Positions 44,578 through 54,077 of a DNA stretch of 64,000 nt are shown here, in pieces (the first letter of the stretch is position 1; the number at the start of each line of letters is the position of its first letter). The notes under the pieces were generated by a model that ran no database searches, was not told the origin of the DNA, and saw only the letters and a program-made list of their open reading frames with translations. The translations under genes were made by a program, and so were the position numbers. The stretch comes from a virus (lineage: Duplodnaviria; Caudoviricetes), in the IMG/VR virus record IMGVR_UViG_2932410948_000001, positions 2,714 through 66,713 of that record; one strand, written 5' to 3'.

Positions 44578-46107
44578 TTACGCGGCTTCCGGCTCGTCCT
44601 TTGGCGCCTCAGCCTTGCTCTGGTTGGCAAAATCCGAGCCAAAAATCAAGCCTTTTTCCTTGACGACCTTGCGATGCGCGTCGATTTGCTCGAGCACATC
44701 GCGCGGGTTTGCGCCACGCTTGCGCATCACTTCGACTTCGCTGGCAAATCCGTCCTGCACCAGGGAATGCCAGGCAAGGGCCTCTTTCAGCGGGTCGATC
44801 CAAGGCATCGACTGGCCGACAAACAGCGCATCGTCAGCGCTGGCCGGGTCAACGTCCTTGGGCATGGGCACTGCGCCGGACAGGTGGGCGATCTGCACGA
44901 AGTCCTGCCACACAGGCTGCACCAGCTGTCCGACGAATTCATCTGTCAGCACGGCGTAGTTGATCCATTGCTCCACCAGCTCCTGGCGCTGGGCCGAGTA
45001 CGTGCCGTTGTAATCGCGTGCCAGGCTGGAATAGCTGGCTCCGACGCCGGCGGCAACTGCGCGCAACTGCCCTTGGCGGAAGGTGATCAAATTCGGGTTA
45101 GGCCGGTTCGAGTCGATCATGCCGATCTCTTCGCCAACGGCCAAGCTATCGATGATCATGCCTGGCGCCATGCCAATCTCGCGTGCAGCGGCAGGCGCTC
45201 GCGCACCATTCTCGTCAGGCTGCCCGTACAAGTCGGGGGAACCGCGCTTGACGTAGGCAGTCAGGCTGGCGGCAACCTTGGCGGCGATGCGCTCGGACTC
45301 TTCGTAATCCTTGATGTCTTCCAGGCGCGTGATCACGCTGGCGAATTCGGACACGCCGCGCATCTGGCCGATGCGATCAACGAACGCCAGGTGGTGCATA
45401 CGTGCTACTTCGATGCGCTTGACCTCATAGCCACGCTTGGACCAGGTTCGGGCGCCGGGGAATTCCTTGTAAGCCCAGTACGCCAGCGGCCGGCCCCATG
45501 CATTGCGCTCGATGCCCTGAAAGATATTGCGTGCATCGTCCTGGTAATCCATAGGGATCAGGTCAGCTTCGATCATTTCCAGCGAATATGGGACGCGCGT
45601 GCCATGGTCCAGGCCGGCAACCGGGCCGATCAGACGCTGGGCGAATACTTCGCCATCACGCAGCCAGGTCTTGGCCAGCATGCGTTGCACCTTGGCCCAG
45701 TGATGCCGATGCGTCACTTCAGGGATCAAGCACCAGTCGCGGTAGGCGTCGCGCAACTGCTTGGCGTACTCATCATGGATGGTGCCGTCGCGGCGCCGTG
45801 GTTGGGGCTCGATGCCGATGCCTGTAGGCCCGATGATGTTATTGACCAGGGTGCGCAGCGCGCCGCGGGCGATATCGTGGTTTTGCTCCAGGTTGCGTGC
45901 CAGAGTGCGCAGGGTCACCGCGCCTTGCTTGACTTGGGTGTCAGGCGAGCCGGTATCTTTGGCATGCTTGCGAAGGCGCGATGGCTTCGCAGCCTCGTAC
46001 TGGTTCAGGACGCGCCGGGCTGCCAGGCGTTTGATACCGGCATTCGGCGCGAAGAAGGAAATAAGTTGGTCGACAACATTCATCGACACTGTGCTGGCGG
46101 CCGCCAT
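44578..46107 (-). CDS. Portal protein, lambda family
   Basis: ARNLEQNHDIARGAL, DYNGTYSAQRQELVE, WIDPLKE motifs. Confidence 0.92.
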   Translation of the reverse strand: MAAASTVSMNVVDQLISFFAPNAGIKRLAARRVLNQYEAAKPSRLRKHAKDTGSPDTQVKQGAVTLRTLARNLEQNHDIARGALRTLVNNIIGPTGIGIEPQPRRRDGTIHDEYAKQLRDAYRDWCLIPEVTHRHHWAKVQRMLAKTWLRDGEVFAQRLIGPVAGLDHGTRVPYSLEMIEADLIPMDYQDDARNIFQGIERNAWGRPLAYWAYKEFPGARTWSKRGYEVKRIEVARMHHLAFVDRIGQMRGVSEFASVITRLEDIKDYEESERIAAKVAASLTAYVKRGSPDLYGQPDENGARAPAAAREIGMAPGMIIDSLAVGEEIGMIDSNRPNPNLITFRQGQLRAVAAGVGASYSSLARDYNGTYSAQRQELVEQWINYAVLTDEFVGQLVQPVWQDFVQIAHLSGAVPMPKDVDPASADDALFVGQSMPWIDPLKEALAWHSLVQDGFASEVEVMRKRGANPRDVLEQIDAHRKVVKEKGLIFGSDFANQSKAEAPKDEPEAA

Positions 46108-46337
46108 TATTGATTACCAAAGCGGGCGAGCGCGAAACTCAGGCCGCCAATTCCGGGGGCACTACTAGCGGCAGCGGCTTCGCGGCTTACAGCCTGCTGC
46201 CATTCCTTGCGACCGGTAATTACCGAGCCAAGATCTTCCATGCGAAGGGTGCGGTCGCCCAGCTTGACTTCCTTCCCTTCCAGGATGGCAGTCTCGGCAG
46301 CGAGATATTTGGCGAGCATGTCGGTTGCAATGGTCAT
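46107..46337 (-). CDS. Head completion protein (gpW-like)
   Basis: YLAAETAILEGKEVKLGDRTLRMEDL before the portal. Confidence 0.75.
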   Translation of the reverse strand: MTIATDMLAKYLAAETAILEGKEVKLGDRTLRMEDLGSVITGRKEWQQAVSREAAAASSAPGIGGLSFALARFGNQ

Positions 46338-46364
46338 CGGGCGATCCTTGTGGTTGATCGCTCG

Positions 46365-46408
46365 ACATTACGGACATGGCTGTCTCATTTCTACGGAAAA
46401 ATGAGACT
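46365..46408 (-). promoter_or_regulatory. Late promoter candidate 1 (dyad + -10) for gpW/portal
   Basis: TGTCTCATTTCTACGGAAAAATGAGACT at 46381-46408; TAATGT 10 nt downstream on the minus strand. Confidence 0.7.
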
Positions 46409-46415
46409 ATATTTT

Positions 46416-46706
46416 TCAGCCGCTCTTGATGATCTTGTAAAACTGGCCACGCGAGATCTGAAATTCAGCCTGCAGTTCACGCCGGTTGCGCAGGTTGTAG
46501 CGGGTGCGGATGGCCAGCGCGCGCGCTTCCTGGTCGACGCTGCTCTTCTTGATGTAAACCTCTTGCCCACCCCAGGTGCTGCGCATGGCGTCTTCGATAT
46601 CGCGCACCTGGTCCACCGTAAGCAGTTCGCCGCCCAGCGCCGCGCGCACTGCAGTAAGCAGTGAGGCAAGTATGTCTGGCTGATGCGCCTTTTGCTTTTG
46701 AATCAT
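46416..46706 (-). CDS. Mor/C-family transcription activator
   Basis: WGGQEVYI...RNRRELQAEFQISRGQFYKII helix-turn-helix. Confidence 0.8.
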   Translation of the reverse strand: MIQKQKAHQPDILASLLTAVRAALGGELLTVDQVRDIEDAMRSTWGGQEVYIKKSSVDQEARALAIRTRYNLRNRRELQAEFQISRGQFYKIIKSG

Positions 46707-48766
46707 TAAAACCCCCTATGTAACCAATCGTCGGATGCAAAACTGCTGTTTCTACGTCTTTTTTGTGGTGCTGGCGCCGAGCTGGCCGGCGCCGGTGTCA
46801 AGACTGGTGTTACTCGCGGCGGCTCGACACTACTGATCGTCATGGGCGCGGCGAATAGGTCGGCCATCGATGGCTGCACTTCCTCCTCGAGCTGGTCCCA
46901 GAACTTCGCCGTTTTTTTCGCCAGCTCGAAATGCGTCTCCAGCCATACCGCATAAACGGTGCAATCCCATGCCTCGACGCGTTTGCGGATCGCCGACCAG
47001 CGCGATTCCGTTCCGCCGGCGGTAATTCGCTCAGCACGAATCTCACCTGCCATTTGCTTGAAGAATTCATCGGGCAACTCCTTCGAAAAATGGATGTAGC
47101 CGGGGCCCGGCCTGGTGATCTGCAGGCGGCCGTAAATCAGGTCTTTGGCCAGGTTGGTACCGACCTGCCACAGCAGCGCGCCGTGCTTGCGGATGCGGCC
47201 GCGCCAGTCGATATCGACCTTGGTGGCTCCGTCCTTGATGTGCTTTTCCTTGCCTGAACGGCCCTTGACGGCGAACACGCGGCGCGCAGCATTGGCGGCG
47301 CAAAATGCGTAGACCGCATGCGTGTTGTGGCCACCGCTGTCGATTGCGGTGCCGTGGATCTTCAGTTCCTGGCCGCTGGCGTGCCGGAACTTGTTCTCGA
47401 ACAGATATTCGGCGACGTCTGCCCACACAGCATCCTCGTCCGGATTGCCGTAAAAAATGCGGTAGTCGATGATCCATTTCTGGCAGCCGCGGCCATAACC
47501 CCACACGGCAATCTCGATGCGGTTCGGCTGAGTGTCGGCGCCGGCCAGCAAGCGTACGCAGCCGTGCGGTACCGAACCAAGCTTGTAGGGCTCGGCGCGC
47601 TGTTTCAGCTGTTCGGAGTCGGTTTTTTCGACGTCCAGCTCCCAGGTGCGACCCAGGGTGGTGTTGGTGAAGGTTTTCAGTGACGTAATGTCGCCTTCCT
47701 GCGCTTTGTTGTGCGCAGCGATAAATTCGCGCACTAGCTTGGCCCATGTGACCAGCGGACTGTAAGCGGTCCAGACGTGGAAGGCGATGTGGCGCAGCGC
47801 GCTGATGATGGCGCCGCCGGCATTGCGGAACACGCCGGCGTGATCGATGGTGACGCTGGCGTCTTCGTTTTGCCAGCGTCCTGCCGGCGCCGCTGCCAAA
47901 TATTGGCCTTGGTCGATCATCGAGCCGCAATGTGGGCAAAGGTGGCGTACGCTGTCCGGATCGTTGTCGAGCCATTTGAAGCCTGTCGTTTCGTCCTTGC
48001 CGCCCCAGGCGAGCGGGTGGAATTCGCCACAATCCGGACAAGGGATGGCGAACTGGAAGCGCGCATCGGCCAAGATGAAGCGGGCTTCGATCAGCGAAAA
48101 GCCTTTCAGGCCTGGGGTTGAGCCCGCCACCAATTTGGGAAAAGTCGCTCCTTCGACGCGCTTGCCCGCCAGAGTGACGGGATCGCCTTCTTTCTCGACG
48201 TCACCGTCGAACGCGTCCAGCTCGTCCAACAGCGCATTGTCGACCGAAATACGGCGATAGCTGCGCGCGGCCTTTCCGCCACGCGTGTGCAGCATGCAGC
48301 CCAGGAACTTCTTTTGCTGCAGCGTGTTGTCCTTGTGCCGTGACATGTGAGCAGGGAACGCCTTGCGCATGGCTTTCACGTCGCGAAGCATCGGTTCCAA
48401 CTCGGTCTTGACGAATTCGTCGCTGTCTCCGTCGGTCGGCTGCCAGAGCGCCTGGTTGCGGCGCTTGTGTTCGATGAAATAGGCAATGGCGGCCAGCAGC
48501 ATCTTGGTGTAGCCGACCCGGGCCGACTTCATAAAATCGACTTCGGCGATATCGTCGTTGCTGATGCAGGCCATGATGGCGCGCTGGAACGGCCACGCCT
48601 CCCATGCCTGCTCGACATACGACGATTCTTTCGACAGGTAGAAGTGCTTGCCGGCCCATTCGTCCAGCGTCATTGGCTCCGGCACGCCAAATGTGCCCAG
48701 CCCGCGTGTCAGGCAGGCGGACAGTTCAGGCGATCGCCAGTTGAGGACTTCGGCAAGATCGCTCAT
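46706..48766 (-). CDS. Terminase large subunit (lambda GpA family)
   Basis: MKSARVGYT Walker A, DELDAF Walker B, Zn finger, AGADTQ nuclease motif. Confidence 0.95.
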   Translation of the reverse strand: MSDLAEVLNWRSPELSACLTRGLGTFGVPEPMTLDEWAGKHFYLSKESSYVEQAWEAWPFQRAIMACISNDDIAEVDFMKSARVGYTKMLLAAIAYFIEHKRRNQALWQPTDGDSDEFVKTELEPMLRDVKAMRKAFPAHMSRHKDNTLQQKKFLGCMLHTRGGKAARSYRRISVDNALLDELDAFDGDVEKEGDPVTLAGKRVEGATFPKLVAGSTPGLKGFSLIEARFILADARFQFAIPCPDCGEFHPLAWGGKDETTGFKWLDNDPDSVRHLCPHCGSMIDQGQYLAAAPAGRWQNEDASVTIDHAGVFRNAGGAIISALRHIAFHVWTAYSPLVTWAKLVREFIAAHNKAQEGDITSLKTFTNTTLGRTWELDVEKTDSEQLKQRAEPYKLGSVPHGCVRLLAGADTQPNRIEIAVWGYGRGCQKWIIDYRIFYGNPDEDAVWADVAEYLFENKFRHASGQELKIHGTAIDSGGHNTHAVYAFCAANAARRVFAVKGRSGKEKHIKDGATKVDIDWRGRIRKHGALLWQVGTNLAKDLIYGRLQITRPGPGYIHFSKELPDEFFKQMAGEIRAERITAGGTESRWSAIRKRVEAWDCTVYAVWLETHFELAKKTAKFWDQLEEEVQPSMADLFAAPMTISSVEPPRVTPVLTPAPASSAPAPQKRRRNSSFASDDWLHRGF

Positions 48767-49290
48767 TCGCCCTGGTCCTCGATCACCTGATGCTCCGGCG
48801 CCGCGCCGTCATCCTGTTCGTCGTCGCGCAGATCGGCCAGCGAAATATTGGCCACAATGTTGCGCACCTTGGCGATCTCTTTTTCGATGTTGCCGATCTC
48901 GTCCGACGACAGCGACGGCACGCGGCGCTTGACCGCACCCGGGATAGCGTCGAACAGGCCTCCGATACGCGCGCCGGCCTTTGATAGCACCTCTTCGATC
49001 AGCACCACAGGCGCCAGCTCGCCGCGCGTGACGCCGTTTTGCATTTCGATGCGCTCGCGCTGCACCTTGGCCAACATGGCCCGTTCGGCGACCAGGTCCA
49101 GGTCGCCGCCAGACGAGCGCCCGGCCGCCGTCTCACGCAGGTGAGAGCAATAGGCGTGCAGCATCTGCTGGCCGGACATGCTCGAATCAAGCAAGCCGCG
49201 GCTGACAAGATTGCCGACCGCTTGCTGGCTCACGCCCACCAGCGCGCCGAAGGCGGCTTGTGTCATTGGCATAGACAAATCAGACAACAC
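48763..49290 (-). CDS. Terminase small subunit (Nu1-like)
   Basis: N-terminal HTH (TQAAFGALVGVSQQAV) plus coiled coil; may start at ATG 49272. Confidence 0.85.
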   Translation of the reverse strand: MLSDLSMPMTQAAFGALVGVSQQAVGNLVSRGLLDSSMSGQQMLHAYCSHLRETAAGRSSGGDLDLVAERAMLAKVQRERIEMQNGVTRGELAPVVLIEEVLSKAGARIGGLFDAIPGAVKRRVPSLSSDEIGNIEKEIAKVRNIVANISLADLRDDEQDDGAAPEHQVIEDQGE

Positions 49291-49326
49291 AACCCCCTTG
49301 CAAATCCCCTGTGACTAGCGAAAAAA

Positions 49327-49369
49327 GGGGGTTCGAATTACCCTTGCAAGGGGAGGCTGCGGAGTACCT
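49327..49369 (-). other. Candidate cos (packaging) site
   Basis: Non-coding stretch just upstream of the small terminase: AGGTACTCC...CCCTTGCAAGGG-TAATTCGAACCCCC, containing a palindrome; position typical of GpA-type cos phages. Confidence 0.5.
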
Positions 49370-49488
49370 TTGGGAAATATTTCTCAATCGAAACATTGCT
49401 GTTGATACATTGTTGTATTTATGCAACATGCGTATATTCTCGATGGTTTCCATTGAATTTGATTTCATAATGGCAATCTTTCTTTGTG

Positions 49489-50241
49489 TCAGCGTGCGGT
49501 CCGCAAGGCGTCGAAGTAAGCGCGCGCGAACTGCCCGGCAAACTCTTTTTCAACGGTCTTCTCGACCACGTATTCGAAGTCGAAAATCTTGTGATAGCTG
49601 ACGTAGCGTACGAACACCATCACCGGCTTGAGCGATCCAGGGCCACCGCCCCGCATGCTTTGGTACACGCCCAGCGGCATGCGGTCCCCAGGCCGGCCGA
49701 CGAAGTAGCGAAAGCCTGGCTTCTTCTTCGTGCCCATGGCCATCTTGGCTCGGCCTTGGGCTGTCATGTTTGCTTTGTAGCCAGCTTCCGGGAACGAGCG
49801 GAAATAGGCCAGGATCTGTACGATCTGGCCGCGGTTCATGTTGCCGTAGCTGTCGAGCTTGGCGCCGCCGCCGGGCACGATGCGGTAGCCAGGTGGGAGC
49901 GCACCCACCGACTGCATGGCGCGCTCGAAGCGCTTCATGGGCCGCGTGCCGCCCTTGATCTGCGGCGCCAGGTAAGTGGCCGCTGGCGTCGCCTTGGCTG
50001 CGAAGTCCTTCAGCTTGACCTCCGCGCTAAGGTTGGTCTTGGTGGCAGGCCGCACGAACAGGCTCGACAACGTGTAGGGGGTCGGGCTGCGGAAAATGTC
50101 CCGCATCTCGTGCTTGAGCTTGGCGCTGGCTAGCTGGGCCGTGCGCGTCAATGCCACGCGCGTGGCGAACTGCACCTGCTTTGTCCCGGTATCGGCAAAC
50201 GCCGTCAACTGGCGGATGGCTGGGGCCACGTTGATGGTCAT
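49489..50241 (-). CDS. Phage protein (gpZ/tail-completion-like family)
   Basis: QVQFATRVALTRTA...F..PTPYTL..LFV basic protein commonly found before terminases. Confidence 0.6.
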   Translation of the reverse strand: MTINVAPAIRQLTAFADTGTKQVQFATRVALTRTAQLASAKLKHEMRDIFRSPTPYTLSSLFVRPATKTNLSAEVKLKDFAAKATPAATYLAPQIKGGTRPMKRFERAMQSVGALPPGYRIVPGGGAKLDSYGNMNRGQIVQILAYFRSFPEAGYKANMTAQGRAKMAMGTKKKPGFRYFVGRPGDRMPLGVYQSMRGGGPGSLKPVMVFVRYVSYHKIFDFEYVVEKTVEKEFAGQFARAYFDALRTAR

Positions 50242-50966
50242 GCGCGCATCCCCAGTTCACGCTCAGCGCATTCGATGACGAATATGCTGAATTCCATGCC
50301 AGCCTTCTTTCTCTCGATGATACGGCGGGCCCAGCGCCTGCCGTCGCCGTGACCGGCATCGCCCAGGTTCTTGAGCTTGAAGGCGCCGATCAATTGCTGT
50401 GCCTTACGGCTCGACATCATCGTCTTGCCAGGCGCGGGCAGGGCTACCGGGTCCTGCGCCGGGACAGGCTCGATCACCTCACGCTCCAGCTCGGCGGCCA
50501 ACGCCGCTTCCCAGCGCGGTCGTAGCATGGCATAGGTGCTGTGCGCGCAATCGAAGGCACCCAGCTTGCGCCAGGCCCAGAAAACGGCCGGCGACGACCA
50601 CACGTTCGGCTCGCCGCGGTCGCGCAGCGCACCTTGCTCCAGCGCTTCGTGGAACGCCACCGACGGGTCGATGGGCGGGCGGCACAGCGCAAGGAATTCC
50701 GGCAGCGTCGGAGGCCAGGCGCGGGTATCCAACCGCTCGACGCCGCGCGTCAGCTCGGCCGTGGTTAGCACGAACAGCTTTTGCGCCCAGTGGCGCTTGA
50801 TGCCGTCGGGATCGATGCCTTTCCACTGGTCTGCGAATTTCACGCCATAGCTGAACGCCATCTTGTTGAACAGCGCCTTGACCCACTTTTCCGGGATCGC
50901 CTTTTCAGGCCAGGCAAGCGCCTGCTCTTCCAGGGGTGATGTCGATAATGTTGTTTGATCGTTCAT
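50238..50966 (-). CDS. Replication protein P-like (helicase loader)
   Basis: WVKALF..M...YG.KFADQW and WPPTLPEFLALCRP motifs; follows the initiator. Confidence 0.7.
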   Translation of the reverse strand: MNDQTTLSTSPLEEQALAWPEKAIPEKWVKALFNKMAFSYGVKFADQWKGIDPDGIKRHWAQKLFVLTTAELTRGVERLDTRAWPPTLPEFLALCRPPIDPSVAFHEALEQGALRDRGEPNVWSSPAVFWAWRKLGAFDCAHSTYAMLRPRWEAALAAELEREVIEPVPAQDPVALPAPGKTMMSSRKAQQLIGAFKLKNLGDAGHGDGRRWARRIIERKKAGMEFSIFVIECAERELGMRA

Positions 50967-51843
50967 ATTTTTGTGGTCCGCTTCCTGTCAATCCATCAAG
51001 GGTGTCCTGCCGTGCCTGATCCCGTACTGCCGCCGTGCTGCCTGGTGCTGCCCGTGCTGGCGGCAGGGCACCGGCCACCTGCATGGCCTTTGCCTCGCTT
51101 GCCCAGCGATTCAGGATTCCCACTACGTAACCAATGCCGATGCCGCCGTTCGGTTTGGATTTTTTCGCCTCGACGCATGCCGAGAGCGCCGTATCGACGC
51201 TGATACCTTGCTCGACCAACGCCAGCAACCGGGGGTCTGCTGGCTGCGTTTGCACGCCTGCCTTGCGAAACGCAATGCTCAGATCGCCCGCTGTTGCCGC
51301 GCCCGCGCGGTCTACGTTCAGTGTTGGCGTTGCTGGGGGTTGGTTCTGGTTCTGGTTTTGGTTCTGGTTTTGGTTTTGGTTGGCACCATCGGGCACGGTT
51401 CCCGCACCTTTCGCGCACTGTTCGGGAACTGTGCTCGAACCTTGAGCATGCTGCTGTTGCACAAAATCCAGTGTGCTTTGCCCTGCCGCCGCGCGTTCAG
51501 CGGCTAGTCGTGCCGCCTCGTCACGCTTTTTCTTCGCGGCCTTGCCGCCTGCACTGCTGGCCTCCAATCCTTCGTAGTACGCCTGGATCTGCGACTCAGC
51601 ATCAGCATCCACCCAGCCGGCATCGGTCAGGACGAAAAAGTCTTCCAGCACATTTTGCGCAGCCGCGATTTCTTCGGACGTGCTGACGCGCAGCAGGCGG
51701 AACAGCCTGCCGGTGTCGGCCAGCAGTGGCGCTTCCTTGTCGAAATAGAGGTCGCGCATGTCGCGGTAGATGCCGCGCTCTAGGCGAGACAAATGCAGCG
51801 TGCGCGTATTGAAATCGCCGATGTGATGCGGGTAGTAATTCAT
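50905..51843 (-). CDS. Replication initiator, YdaU/DUF1376 family
   Basis: MNYYPHHIGDF...HLSRLERGIYR.M.DLYFDKE.PL N-terminus; NQ repeat linker. Confidence 0.85.
   Translation of the reverse strand: MNYYPHHIGDFNTRTLHLSRLERGIYRDMRDLYFDKEAPLLADTGRLFRLLRVSTSEEIAAAQNVLEDFFVLTDAGWVDADAESQIQAYYEGLEASSAGGKAAKKKRDEAARLAAERAAAGQSTLDFVQQQHAQGSSTVPEQCAKGAGTVPDGANQNQNQNQNQNQNQPPATPTLNVDRAGAATAGDLSIAFRKAGVQTQPADPRLLALVEQGISVDTALSACVEAKKSKPNGGIGIGYVVGILNRWASEAKAMQVAGALPPARAAPGSTAAVRDQARQDTLDGLTGSGPQKYERSNNIIDITPGRAGACLA
51341..51381 (-). repeat. Hexamer tandem repeat (AACCAR) encoding (NQ)6
   Basis: TGGTTY x~7 on the plus strand. Confidence 0.85.
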
Positions 51844-51927
51844 GGGTGACGACTGCCCTGGTCCTTGAAAACTACTAATCTCATTCTCATTTTCACAATA
51901 ACTTTCCCAATAGCAACAAATATGGCG

Positions 51928-51960
51928 AAAAAGAGCCGGCCTTCGTAATTAGGCCGGCTC
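51928..51960 (-). terminator. tR-like terminator before replication genes
   Basis: GAGCCGGCCT-N8-AGGCCGGCTC-TTTTT. Confidence 0.75.
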
Positions 51961-51973
51961 ATGTAAATCGGCG

Positions 51974-52585
51974 TTATCGCTGACGCGCCGGGTGCAGCAC
52001 CTTGTCGATCACCGCCCTGGTGCGGCTGACGGCGCGCTTGGCGCCTTCGAGTAGGCGCACCACGCGCGCTTTCTTTTCGTGGGCGCGGGCGGTGCGGCGC
52101 AGGGCCAGGTCCAGGTTGGCTTGCGTCGGCTGGGCGATTGCGGTGGCAACGGCCGCCAGCGCGTCGGCGTCGGCGCTGGCCATCTCGCACACGTCGGCCA
52201 GGCCGAGGCCGATTTCGTCGGCCGTTTCCAGGGAGCGCACGCACAGGCCGAAGCGGTGCAGCAATTCGTTCAGGCAATCCATCCGCTCGGCCGGAGGCAG
52301 GCCGGCCAGCACCGACAACACGAAATTGGTTGGCAACAGGTTGTTTTCCTTCGATTCATCATCCAGCCAGCGCAGTACGCGGTCGCCGTTGTTTTTCGTG
52401 CGCTGGTACTCGTCCGGATGGGGTTCGAAGCGAATTCCGGTGGCAGCTGGACCGCCTGCCTCGTCGTGTGCCTGAACGATCACGCTGATCGCGCTGTAGC
52501 TCGACAGGCCGGCATCTTTTCGCCAGGAGCTGACGTGTTCGCGTAGGATGCCGATCAGAGTTTTCTTGTGCGAATCGTTCCGCAT
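51974..52585 (-). CDS. CII-position phage regulatory protein
   Basis: 203-aa ORF between cro and replication genes. Confidence 0.55.
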   Translation of the reverse strand: MRNDSHKKTLIGILREHVSSWRKDAGLSSYSAISVIVQAHDEAGGPAATGIRFEPHPDEYQRTKNNGDRVLRWLDDESKENNLLPTNFVLSVLAGLPPAERMDCLNELLHRFGLCVRSLETADEIGLGLADVCEMASADADALAAVATAIAQPTQANLDLALRRTARAHEKKARVVRLLEGAKRAVSRTRAVIDKVLHPARQR

Positions 52586-52630
52586 GCTATTTTTCTCCGG
52601 AGTAGGTATTCTTGAAACATGAGAAAAAAA

Positions 52631-52897
52631 CTAAAAATGAACATCTGCATATTTAATTGGCCGCGCCGCAGTGGCTAGTTCGGGCCAGAGTCTTTCCCAA
52701 TCCGCAGGAAACATCTCTTTCCGTGTCACCTGCCCACGGGTAGCAAGCTCAATCGGTGCGCCAAAGTGGAACGGGATAGCTCGTGAGCCGTCAGCCCATC
52801 GGCTTATATCAGGAGCGTGTGCGCAAATGGCTTTCGCCAACGATGCCTGGCGCCCACGAGCTAGCGAGAGGTATTCATGTAAGGTCATGTTGCGCAT
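52631..52897 (-). CDS. Cro-like (YdaS) HTH repressor
   Basis: GRQASLAKAICAHAPDISRWADGSR.IP...ATRGQVTRKEMFP..W..LWPEL; divergent from cI. Confidence 0.88.
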   Translation of the reverse strand: MRNMTLHEYLSLARGRQASLAKAICAHAPDISRWADGSRAIPFHFGAPIELATRGQVTRKEMFPADWERLWPELATAARPIKYADVHF

Positions 52898-52898
52898 G

Positions 52899-52960
52899 TT
52901 AGCCTAAGGCTAAACGGCACGCAAGCCATATGCGAATGTATTTTTTTAGCCTAATGCTAT
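52899..52960. promoter_or_regulatory. OR operators (TTAGCC-N3-RGCTAA)
   Basis: TTAGCCTAAGGCTAA (52899), degenerate CAAGCCATATGCGAA (52922), TTAGCCTAATGCTAT (52946) between cro and cI. Confidence 0.75.
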
Positions 52961-52971
52961 TTAATGACGCT

Positions 52972-53688
52972 ATGAAAACAATAGATGAAATTCGGCGAGA
53001 TAATCTTGCTACCATTGTTGCGGAGTGTGGCGGCGTGACGGCGTTGGCGGATCTCCTGCAAAAAAGCGTCTCTCAGGTTAGCCAATGGTTGAACGGTTCG
53101 GCCAATTCAGGTACTGGCAAAGCGCGTGGCATGCGGCCTTCTTCATGCAGGGAAATTGAACTGGCATGCAAAAAACCGCTAGGTTGGATGGATGCGAGCC
53201 ACGGCATAGTCCCGAGGGAGTTGGTAATGCATGACCTGAGTTCCCAACCGCCCAAAAAAGGTGACGAGATAGGAATTCCACAATACGATACTGGAGGATC
53301 GATGGGATCTGGGGTACTGCTACGGGATCAGCCGGGTGAAATCAACGGATGGAGGGTTACGCCTGAATGGCTTCAAAAAAACGTGCGAAGCCACTCAGGC
53401 GTAAATAACCTGGCGATCGTCACCGGCTTCGGCGACTCAATGCGTGGTATGTTCAACCCAGGCGACCCATTGTTAGTTGATCGCGGAATCAATAGCTTTG
53501 ATGGCGACGCGGTATACTTTTTCCGCGTGGGGGACGAGGGGTTCATCAAGCGGCTGCAAAAAATTCCTGGTGAAGGCATCATTGCATCCTCGGAAAATAA
53601 AGCTTACCGAGACTGGACGATCAAGCCGCACATGGATTTTCAAGTTCTAGCTCGTGTTATCAAAGTTTGGCAAAGCGTTGACTTTTGA
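52972..53688 (+). CDS. CI-like repressor (HTH + S24 peptidase)
   Basis: Start MKTIDEIRRDNL; GSMGSG cleavage region, GFGDSM, FIKRLQ. Confidence 0.92.
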   Translation: MKTIDEIRRDNLATIVAECGGVTALADLLQKSVSQVSQWLNGSANSGTGKARGMRPSSCREIELACKKPLGWMDASHGIVPRELVMHDLSSQPPKKGDEIGIPQYDTGGSMGSGVLLRDQPGEINGWRVTPEWLQKNVRSHSGVNNLAIVTGFGDSMRGMFNPGDPLLVDRGINSFDGDAVYFFRVGDEGFIKRLQKIPGEGIIASSENKAYRDWTIKPHMDFQVLARVIKVWQSVDF

Positions 53689-54077
53689 AGAGAATATTGG
53701 ATACGCAAAAGGAAATCGTCGCCAATAAAACCGTGCTAGACCATTGCCCTGTAACCTATTTGAAGCCAAATACTTAGTTGTCGCAGTAGTCAATCGTCAA
53801 TTCTGTAGTGCTTCGGCACGCGTTTGAAAGTGGAAGTTTTTGTTTTTGGGCCGTACTCTACTTGAATTAACTGCAAGGGACGGAGCGCCCGCATACATAC
53901 CTTCTACAAATACTGGAAGGTATAAATAGCGTCAAAATATGAGTCTCGACACTCGTGCGACGATTTCGTAATAACTTCAGGATTAGCCCTGTGAGATTTA
54001 TGAATAACACCGCCCTCCATCATTAGCTCAACGTCTCAATAAAAAATTTTAGTTTCACCCTTATAGGTTTCGCGAAA

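Noticed and set aside
49311-49601. Plus-strand ORF opposite the terminase upstream region
   Set aside because: Overlaps the candidate cos and the 49489..50241 gene antisense; no recognisable protein features.
51341-51381. NQ hexamer repeat as a phase-variation switch
   Set aside because: Unit length is a multiple of 3, so slippage keeps the frame; such linkers are common in YdaU-type initiators.
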